Of a stretch of 10,931 bases of DNA, positions 1 through 7,029 are shown piece after piece. Source of the DNA: Octopus sinensis (Eukaryota); the NCBI RefSeq assembly GCF_006345805.1, contig NW_021827118.1, positions 1 through 10,931 of the forward strand. The letters are read 5' to 3'. The position numbers were made by a program, and so were the translations under genes. The stretch's first letter is position 1. Every line of letters begins with the position of its first letter. The notes under the pieces were generated by a model. That model did no database searches. It was not told the origin of the DNA and saw only the letters and a list, made by a program, of their open reading frames with translations.

Positions 1-110
1 TTGATATATATATATGTATATATTGATATATATATAATATATATATATTATATATATATATTATATATATTAGATATATATATATTATATATATATATGT
101 AATGATATAT
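1..110. repeat. Degenerate (TA)n microsatellite
   Basis: Almost pure alternating TA with scattered G substitutions. Confidence 0.95.
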
Positions 111-174
111 GTATAATATATGGCGGTACTGGTACACCGGCGATATAATTAATTTATTGTATCGCATTTACTTT

Positions 175-178
<4 letters not shown>

Positions 179-235
<57 letters not shown>
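179..235. repeat. Perfect (AT)n microsatellite at the 3' tail of the minus-strand SINE
   Basis: Uninterrupted AT run; source of the IYIY ORF artefacts. Confidence 0.97.
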
Positions 236-238
<3 letters not shown>

Positions 239-284
239 AACGACGGGATGCTTTCGGTTTCCGTCTATCAAATCCACTCGCAAG

Positions 285-738
285 TAGAGGCACGTGGCTT
301 AGTCGTTAAGGTGTGGACTCATGATCGTATGATTGTAGTTTCGATTCCTGGACCGGGCAACGCGTTGTGTTCTTCAGCAAAACGCTTCATTTCACGTTGC
401 TCCAGTCCACTCAGCAGGCAAAAAATGGGTAATCCTGCGACAGACCGGCGTCCCGTCCAGGTGGAGAAAAACATCCTCAAATCGGAGATTTTCTCCCGAG
501 AGTTTCAATACGCTGCTAAAAGCATTGATGAGCCAAATGGCAGTGTATACTAGGAATCACAATTATGGTTAAAGTTATCCTCTTCTTGTTCTTGTTCTTC
601 TTGTTCTTATTCTTGTTCTTGTTCTTCTTGTTCTTGTTCTTCTTCTTCTTCTTCCTTCTCCACCTCCTCCTCCCCTTCCTCCTCTACAGAAACCGGCCTT
701 TATGAGTCGGCATATCTCGAAAAGGTAACTTTACCTTT
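285..738 (+). mobile_element. tRNA-derived SINE, family B (CORE-like central domain), inserted in SINE A with a 15-bp TSD
   Basis: A-box-like TGGCTTAGTCG (~295-305) and B-box-like GTTTCGATTCC (~338-348). Central ttcttcagcaaaacgcttcatttcacgttgctccagtccactcagcaggcaaaaaatggg resembles the CORE domain. Tail ends aaggtaactttaccttt. Flanked by AAATCCACTC(G/A)CAAG at 270-284 and 739-753. Confidence 0.85.
579..685. repeat. Compound (TTC/TTG)n then (CTC)n pyrimidine tract inside SINE B
   Basis: tcttcttgttcttgttcttc... grading into ctcctcctcc. Confidence 0.9.
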
Positions 739-1233
739 AAATCCACTCACAAGAATTCGGTTGGACCGAGGCTGTAGTAGAAGACAATTGCCAAAGCACA
801 ACGTAGTTCGGGATCAAATATCTTACCAGTCAGTCACGTACATGTGTCCCTTGATTGGCACGATTCCACTTCAGCATGACATTTTGAGTTGGGGTATGTT
901 TTTTGTCATCTTTTTTTCATTTACGTATACAGAAACACCACTTTGTCAGTTTTCGTTCGTTTAGGTAGATCACATTCTAAACTGAAGCTTAATCTAGGAT
1001 ATTTTGCTTTGGTTTTTTATTTTTTTTTTTTCTTTGCACAGAAAACTTTTGAGATTGAATAATAATTTCATATGTCCTAACCTGTCGATGTCTCCGGAAA
1101 TGAAAATTATTTTTTCAAATTAACATTAAGTCAGAAATTTATTAATAGAAACTGTCAGCTTCATACAAACGAAGTAATTTTTTCCTCAAAATTGTGGGGG
1201 TAAATTAGAGCCAGTATAATTACTGAATTTTCA

Positions 1234-1235
<2 letters not shown>

Positions 1236-1272
<37 letters not shown>
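1236..1272. repeat. (AC)n microsatellite
   Basis: Perfect CA run. Confidence 0.97.
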
Positions 1273-1276
<4 letters not shown>

Positions 1277-1298
1277 TATATTGTACTTATATATATAT

Positions 1299-1438
1299 GT
1301 TTTTTTCTGTGTACCTTTCTGTAGAAGAGAGTAGGCTCGAAATGAAAAAGACATTTTCTATTCCTGAGCGTTATAATAAAACATGTTTGTTTTGTACACC
1401 ACCTGTCTTCGTCTTTTGTTTTTTTCGTAAACCTTCCT
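1299..1438 (+). mobile_element. Solo terminal (pLTR-like) fragment of the Penelope-like family whose coding copy is at 5672-6913
   Basis: 1304-1332 matches 6832-6860 at 26/29 nt. GTCTTCGTCTTTTGTTT is identical at 1405-1421 and 6878-6894. Flanked by microsatellites on both sides. Confidence 0.75.
1315..1350 (+). ncRNA. Degenerate minimal type I hammerhead-ribozyme-like motif (probably inactive copy)
   Basis: CUUU (stem I) - CUGUAGA-A (core, canonical CUGANGA) - GAG/6-nt loop/CUC (stem II) - GAAA - UG-A-A (expected CG-U-H) - AAAG (stem I'). Confidence 0.45.
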
Positions 1439-1481
1439 TATATATATATATATTATATATATAATATATATATATATATAT

Positions 1482-1530
<49 letters not shown>

Positions 1531-1575
1531 ATATATATAATATTATATAATATACATATATTGTACATATATATG
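1439..1575. repeat. Interrupted (TA)n microsatellite
   Basis: Alternating TA with small indels. Confidence 0.95.
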
Positions 1576-1584
1576 TTATATATC

Positions 1585-1735
1585 CATATACATACATACA
1601 TACATACATCATACATACATACATACATACATACATACATACACATACATACATATACATACCTAACAACATACATACCTACCTACATACATACATACAT
1701 ACATACATACATACATACATACATACATACATACA

Positions 1736-1765
<30 letters not shown>
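1585..1765. repeat. (TACA)n tetranucleotide microsatellite
   Basis: Long atacatacatac array; source of the HTYI/MYVC ORF artefacts. Confidence 0.95.
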
Positions 1766-1769
<4 letters not shown>

Positions 1770-1771
1770 GC

Positions 1772-1920
1772 GGCAGGCGTGGCTGTGTGGTAAGAAGTTT
1801 GCTTCCCAAACACAGGGTTTCGGATTCAGTCCCACTGTATTACACCTTAGACAATTGTCTTCTATCACTGCCCAGTCTTGTGAGTGGACTTGGTAGACGG
1901 AATCTGAAAGACGCTCGTCG
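1772..1920 (+). mobile_element. tRNA-derived SINE, family A (internally deleted), followed by (TG)6
   Basis: A-box-like TGGCTGTGTGG (1780-1790), B-box-like GGATTCAGTCCC (~1822-1833). 3' part homologous to the revcomp of 241-284 and 739-800. Confidence 0.85.
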
Positions 1921-1994
1921 TGTGTGTGTGTGCAGCTGGAATACAGGAGATCCGACCGACGAGATCATTTCATGAGGAGAATATAAATCATTTA

Positions 1995-2105
1995 AATATA
2001 TATATATATATATATATATGCTTATATGTGTATATGTATATGCACGTATGTGTGTATATATGCACGTATGTATGTATGTATGTATAGATGTATGTATAGA
2101 TGTAT
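1995..2105. repeat. (TA)n / (TATG)n low-complexity tract
   Basis: TA run followed by tatgcacgtatg x2 and tgta repeats. Confidence 0.85.
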
Positions 2106-2179
2106 TTGGATATGTTTCAGCTGCTACTGGTCAAGACCATGTATATCTTAACAGCAGCACCACTTTACATTGCTGCTGA

Positions 2180-2253
2180 TGAAGAAGCAAAAGATGAAAA
2201 GGGGAGGAGGTGGAAGAAGAGAAGAAGAAGAAGAAGAAGTAGAAGAAGAACGG

Positions 2254-2286
<33 letters not shown>

Positions 2287-2612
2287 TGATGATGGTGATG
2301 ATGACGACGACGACGACGATGATGATGATGATGACGACGACGACGACGACGATGATGATGATGACGACGACGACGATGATGATGATGATGACGACGACGA
2401 CGATGATGATGACGACGACGATGACGATGACGCTGACGATGACGATATGATGATGATGATGATATGACGACGACGACGACGACGACGACGATGATGATGA
2501 TGACGACGACGACGACGATGATGATGATGACGACGACGATGACGATGACGACGATGATGATGATGACGATGATGACGACGACGACGACGATGATTGGTGA
2601 ATGATGACGATG
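2180..2612. repeat. Compound trinucleotide array: (GAA)n then alternating (GAT)n/(GAC)n blocks
   Basis: GAA run ~2213-2250; GAT/GAC blocks 2255-~2612. Confidence 0.95.
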
Positions 2613-2848
2613 TGGACGATAACGATGTGTAGTGATTGTATCTGCAAGCATCCAATAAATATAAATTATTTTATGCCTAATTTGCAGATGTATCTGTCGA
2701 ACGCCTGCAGTGTTCGTTGTGTCCGCTCTAGTAAAAACAATGGCGATTAGATTTATCAGACGAATGTTGTTGCTTATGGTTGTCGGGTACGCATTGTGAT
2801 GGGGGAGAGGTATGGTGGGTTCCGCAATAGGAACTGCTCGTTTCCCTC

Positions 2849-2905
2849 TTGTGTGTGCATGTGCATGTGTGTGTGTGTGTGCGCGCGAATGAGAGAGTGA
2901 AAGAG
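2849..2905. repeat. (TG)n/(CG)n/(GA)n compound dinucleotide tract
   Basis: gtgtgtgcatgtgcatgtgtgtgtgtgtgtgcgcgcgaatgagagagtga. Confidence 0.8.
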
Positions 2906-2922
2906 ATGGTGGAGTAAAGAGG

Positions 2923-2962
2923 ATGGAAGAGCAAGAAGAAAAAACAGAAAGAAAAAAAGAAA

Positions 2963-2993
<31 letters not shown>

Positions 2994-3017
2994 AAGAAAG
3001 AAGGAAGGGAGGAAGGA

Positions 3018-3049
<32 letters not shown>

Positions 3050-3176
3050 AAAAGGAAAAAGAAAGAAACAAAAAGAAAGAAACAAACAAACAAGGAAAGA
3101 AAGAAAAAAGAAAAAGAAAGAAGGAAGGAAGGATAGAAAGAAAGAAAGAAAGGAAAGAAAGAAAGAAAAAGGAAGG
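2923..3176. repeat. Degenerate (GAAA)n / (GAAG)n polypurine tract
   Basis: Nearly pure purine run; source of the KERKKE and FLSF ORF artefacts. Confidence 0.95.
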
Positions 3177-3336
3177 ACTATATTGTGCTATATTTACTCG
3201 TGTCGAAGAGTTGAATTGTAAAGTTGTCCTCGGCTGGATTTGAGTACCGTAAAAAATAATGCAAAATATTCTATCTAACGACTTTACCTATTAGCTGCCC
3301 TTGCAAACACTTGAGCCGTCGAGGGAGTCTCTGCGC

Positions 3337-3920
3337 CAGTCATGGGCAACTTGTGGTCGCGGGACTTCCTCGGTGGTACGCCTACTGAACCTATGAACCT
3401 AGGATGTAAATCTAAACATGCAGATGTGGGATTAAATATAATGATGACACTTTTTCTTTAAAAAATTAAGATGTGATTTTGAGGTAGGTTTAACTGCTAT
3501 TTTTAACAAACTGGTTAGTTACTTCCTTGCTTCCCCTTGTTGTCAAAGACTGTAATTGAACCATGATATATTCAGTCGTCCTTTGATGTAATCAGTAAAT
3601 ATTTATATTGTTTTAGGATATGTGCCACGTAATTTTTCCACGATGGAATATGTGGTGGGTATTATTGAAATGGTTCTGCTTTTCTAAATTGCTTTTTATG
3701 CTTCTACTAACAGTTGTCTCCAAAATTTTCCAAAACGCCTTTAGTTGTTTGACTGCAATTTAGTGCTCCTCATTATCGCTTCTCTCAGCATTATCTGAAG
3801 TCAACCGGAGCCTGGAGAACTTTAGTAAGTTACTAACACTGACTTTGCCGCACTTTAGGAGGAAAGTGAACACACCATGTGAATCTGTAACCAAAATTGT
3901 GCCAAAGCATATTGTTTCAA
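3337..3920 (-). mobile_element. Decayed 3' end of a hAT (Buster/Charlie-like) DNA transposon: transposase C-terminus plus one terminus
   Basis: Terminal CAGTCATGGGCAACTTGTGGTCGCGGG (3337-3363) resembles hAT ends of the CAG..TGGGCAAC..GCGGCCCGCGGG type. Minus-strand frames give EEH*I / LQSNN ... FW (3720-3725) - 20 aa - PTTY (3648-3659) ... HILKQYKYLLITSKDD ... KQGSN* (stop 3515-3517), like a hAT dimerisation domain with stops and frameshifts. Confidence 0.55.
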
Positions 3921-3923
3921 TAA

Positions 3924-4124
3924 GTCGGTGGTCTAGCAGGATCGTTAGCACGATATGCAAAATGCTTAGCGACATTTCTTCCAGTTCTTTAAGTTCTGAG
4001 TTCAAATCGCACCGAGGCCAACTTTGCCTTTCATCATTTTAGTGTTGATAAAATAACATACTAGTCGAGTACTTGGGTTGATATAATCAATTTGTCCTCT
4101 CCCTTCAAATAAATGCTGTCCTAG
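3924..4124 (+). mobile_element. tRNA-derived SINE, family D
   Basis: A-box-like TAGCAGGATCG (3934-3944), B-box GAGTTCAAATC (3998-4008). Body gaggccaactttgcctttcatc...gataaaata...gagtacttgggttgatataatc recalled as an abundant octopus SINE (recall, not a database hit). Confidence 0.75.
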
Positions 4125-4232
4125 AATCCTGCAACATACCGACGTCCCATTCAGGGGAATATTGTGATCTCGATCACTTATAGGCCATGAAAACCGAGCG
4201 ACCGGCCTTCTGAGTCCGAGAGCTCAAGAAAA
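4125..4232 (+). mobile_element. 3' half of a family-B SINE abutting SINE D
   Basis: aatcctgcaacataccgacgtcccattcagggg is similar to 431-464 aatcctgcgacagaccggcgtcccgtccaggtgg. Tail gaaaaccg..accggccttctgagtc..ctc is similar to 689-718. Confidence 0.75.
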
Positions 4233-5021
4233 TTCTTTTAAAATATTTTGTTTCAATACAAAACAATACTTTCTGTCGTTAAAATTAAACGACTTAAGTC
4301 AGTGAAAGAAATAGTTGATTAGTGGGCTGATATGTTATCTCTAGATATTCAATTTGCAGAAAAGAAATCATAAAATGTGAGAATCGTATAGAAAGGACCC
4401 ATTTTAATATTAACTTGATCCAAAATTACATTATAAAGTATATTTGCAAGACTTATTCAGAACACAAACAGTGCAGTATATACTAACTGGATGTAGCGAG
4501 AAAGCTTTAATCTATTGAGAATATTCTTACATCGAGAAGAGCCAAAGATAATTGAAAAATGTGTAATAATTAAATGAAAGCAATGGTGACAATGCAAAAT
4601 TGAAAAACTAGTTATGCAGCGAGGGAAAACGTAGCTTGATCTTTAGACGTGAGTGGTACTTCTAAAGAAGTCGGTGACACAGTTATTCAGGTCTCTGCTG
4701 GAAAACTGGAGAAATTGATGCATATTCATATTGACATGCACATACACGTTGTATATGCATATTGCACATTATACATTCAGAGATTGTACATACACTGATT
4801 TGAAAAAGCAACCTAAAGGCAGAAGGGAATAATGCAGAGAAAATCATTTGCATGGAAAATAAACGGTGAATTAAGCCCTGACACTCTTCTTCGCTTTCAA
4901 CTTTACCCGATTGACTCCACGATTGTTTATTTTTGCTGTTCTTGTTCATAGCATAGTTTCAAAGCAGCTTTTGAGTGTATTCTTCTTCTCAGTCTCTATC
5001 TGACTAATAGATGGAGTCGTT

Positions 5022-5141
5022 GTATGCATACGTATCTTTATATGTGCTTGTATATGTGTATGTATTTGTGTATGTGTATGCATACATATATTTATGCATA
5101 CATATATATTTAAATTTTACTTAAATTTTCCTCGAATGAGG

Positions 5142-5177
<36 letters not shown>
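5022..5177. repeat. (TATG/CATA)n low complexity and (TA)n (5146-5177)
   Basis: Direct inspection. Confidence 0.85.
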
Positions 5178-5182
<5 letters not shown>

Positions 5183-5346
5183 TACACAGGTGATTATTTC
5201 ATTTCGTATATTTTCATTTGTCTTATTTATTGCTTTGGTTTGTGGTGAATTTTATTTTTGAGAACATAATCTTTGTGGAGAATGGCGATTTGACGTCTAT
5301 ATCTAGCATGTTGACTGTCCACTTTTCGTGTTCAGTCCTTAATTGG

Positions 5347-5369
5347 TATATATATATATATTATATATA

Positions 5370-5400
<31 letters not shown>
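5347..5400. repeat. (TA)n microsatellite
   Basis: TA run with two single-base interruptions. Confidence 0.95.
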
Positions 5401-5668
5401 GGCGCGTGGAGTGTTAGATTCACGATCCTATGGTCGCGGGTTAGGTCCCGAGACCGGGCAGTATGATGTGTCCTTTAATAGGGGCATTTTCATTTCATGC
5501 TGCTCCAACCCACTCAGCTGAAAATTTTGGTGTGAAATGGATAGCATTACGACGGCCAAGGCTTCCTTTTTCCGTAAGTAGGGGAGTCTTGAATTCTCAG
5601 TTGTCTATATGCTTTGAAAACCGGAGATAATCTCCGGCCTTGTGAGACCGTAGGCTCGAAATAGATTA
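5401..5668 (+). mobile_element. tRNA-derived CORE-like SINE related to family B (diverged; A box partly deleted)
   Basis: 5491-5520 matches 388-417 at 25/30. Head ggcgcgtgg...gaccgggca resembles 289-359. Tail gaaaaccggagataatctccggccttgtgag contains the perfect hairpin CCGGAGA-TAA-TCTCCGG (5621-5637). Confidence 0.75.
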
Positions 5669-5671
5669 CAT

Positions 5672-6468
5672 ATTCGCTCCATCACCTATTCCCAATTCCT
5701 CCGTCTGCGCATGCTCTGCAATGACAACAATGACTTTGAGACTCAGTCTCAACTCATGGCTCGCTACTTCATCTTACGTGGATATCCCCTCACCACTATC
5801 CACACCGCCCTTGCCAGAGCACGTTCCGTGGACCGTGCATCTGCTCTCTCCCCCGCACCCACCCCGCCCTCACTCGTCTCCCGTTTCCCCTCACCTACAA
5901 CCCCTCCACTTTACCTCTCTAACGCACCATCTCCGAGCCTTCCGGCGACTCCAGTCCGACCCCTCTACTTCGCACAACTTCCCTAACCGACCTCTCCCCT
6001 TCTTCAAACGAGCCCACAACCTACGTGACCTCCTGGTCCACAGTTTCTTCCTTAACCCAACCTCCCAACCTGGCTCGTTCCCCTGCTCCCGCTCACACTG
6101 CCGCACTTGCCCTTGCCTCACCAACACCACCATCCCTCACAGGCACCCATCATCGACCCTATCATATCACTGACTCCTTCACCTGCACTTCTAGCAACGT
6201 CACCAACTGCATCTCCTGCTCTCTCTGTCCTTCTCTATACATCGGTCAAACGGGACGTCACTTGGCTGACCGGATCGCGGAACACCTCCGAGACATCAGA
6301 CTCAGCAATGACATCCCTGTCTCGTGCCATTTCCGCTCTACTGGTCATTCTTTACAACACCTGTCTGTGTTCGGATTGTCCTCGCACAGGGGCCATCCGG
6401 ACTCCCGTCTTTGCCGTGAACAGGAATTAATCTTCTCTCTTCGCTCCTTTGCGCCATATGGGCTCAAA
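5672..6468 (+). pseudogene. Penelope-like RT C-terminus plus GIY-YIG endonuclease, with 3 frameshifts and 1 stop
   Basis: SITYSQFLRLRMLC..DF......YFILRGYP (from 5672); PLTYNP (5887, TAA at 5920-5922); LRAFRRLQSDP...KRAHNLRDLLVHS...PCSRSHCRTC (from 5931); FTCTSSNVTNCISCSLC..LYIGQTGRHLADRIAEH...HF...H...REQELIFSL....PYGLK (~6140-6468). The first GIY-YIG motif is degraded to VTN. Confidence 0.92.
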
Positions 6469-6913
6469 TCTCCTCCTCTCTTCCTCTCACACCTACTTCC
6501 TCCCTTCACTCCCACCCACCTCTCCTCTCTTCCTCTCATACCACTTCCACCTCCCAGCACCCACCCAGCACCTCCCACCTCCCAGTACCTACACCATCAT
6601 CCACACCCCTACACATGGACACTCGCACACGTCAAGGTCACCAACCCCTATCCACACGTACATACACGCTCTCACACACGCACGCGCACCTTCATTTTGG
6701 GATCACCACTACTTTATTATCTCCCCTTCTTCCTAGCTCTCCTGTCTGATCACCTCTGTCCAGCATTCTCCATGATTGATCGATAGCCACTAAACCTTTT
6801 ATTTTTCTCTCTCTCTTTCTCTCTCTGTTTATTTCTGTGTTCCTTTCTGTTGAAGAGCGTTTATTGTTTATACACTCGTCTTCGTCTTTTGTTTATTTTT
6901 TGTAAAATCCAAC
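5672..6913 (+). mobile_element. 5'-truncated Penelope-like retroelement (Neptune-like): RT thumb, Cys linker, GIY-YIG endonuclease, C-rich 3' UTR, terminal repeat
   Basis: Coding relic described in the next feature. 3' end 6832-6912 is homologous to the solo fragment at 1304-1432. Ends in (TG)n. Confidence 0.9.
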
Positions 6914-6966
6914 TGTGTGTGTGTGTGTGTGTGTGGTGTGTGGTGTGTGTGTGTGTGTGTGTGTGT
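6914..6966. repeat. (TG)n microsatellite separating the two Penelope-like elements
   Basis: TG run with two TGG interruptions. Confidence 0.97.
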
Positions 6967-7029
6967 ACTGGTAAAAGTTGTAGTGGAAGGAGTGGGGAAC
7001 ATTCCGAACTAGGTGATGCCTTCATACGA

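Larger units (their letters stand above)
241..845 (-). mobile_element. tRNA-derived SINE, family A, split by a nested insertion (host pieces 241-284 and 739-~845)
   Basis: Reverse complement of 241-284 (cttgcgagtggatttgatagacggaaaccgaaagcatcccgtcg) matches 1877-1920 (cttgtgagtggacttggtagacggaatctgaaagacgctcgtcg). 739-845 continues the same family (tagaagacaattg, cttaccagtcagtcacg vs the revcomp of 1772-1865). Confidence 0.85.

Noticed and set aside
140-165. 10-bp hairpin GCGATATAAT/ATTGTATCGC
   Set aside because: AT-rich with a G-U pair, unremarkable in this composition, and no second copy.
285-360. tRNA-like heads here and at 1772, 3924 and 5401 as tRNA genes
   Set aside because: They have A/B boxes but no full cloverleaf, and continue into SINE bodies.
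1010-1130. Strong-looking splice acceptor (poly-T ... gcacAG at 1040-1041)
   Set aside because: All three downstream frames stop within 27 codons and no good donor follows.
2243-2467. ~64-codon poly-Asp frame reminiscent of acidic molluscan biomineralisation proteins
   Set aside because: In-frame TAG at 2240-2242, no upstream ATG or pyrimidine-rich acceptor, and the frame is broken by 2-nt slips at ~2447 and ~2464.
2670-2810. Possible exon after tttgcAG (2686-2687)
   Set aside because: Only one frame stays open (~37 codons), with no recognisable product or convincing donor.
109-3243. ORF-track entries rich in IY, HTYI, MYVC, poly-S/H/R, FLSF or KERK
   Set aside because: All are translations of TA, TACA, GAT/GAC and GAAA microsatellites, with no complex protein sequence.
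4683-5466. ORFs 4683-4949 (-) and 5218-5466 (+)
   Set aside because: Short, partly low-complexity or SINE-derived, with no recognisable motifs.
5650-5662. 13-nt identity GTAGGCTCGAAAT with the hammerhead-like motif (1331-1343), just upstream of the Penelope ORF
   Set aside because: It lies in the SINE tail stem-loop, lacks a CUGANGA core and stems I/III, and about one 13-mer match is expected by chance in 11 kb.
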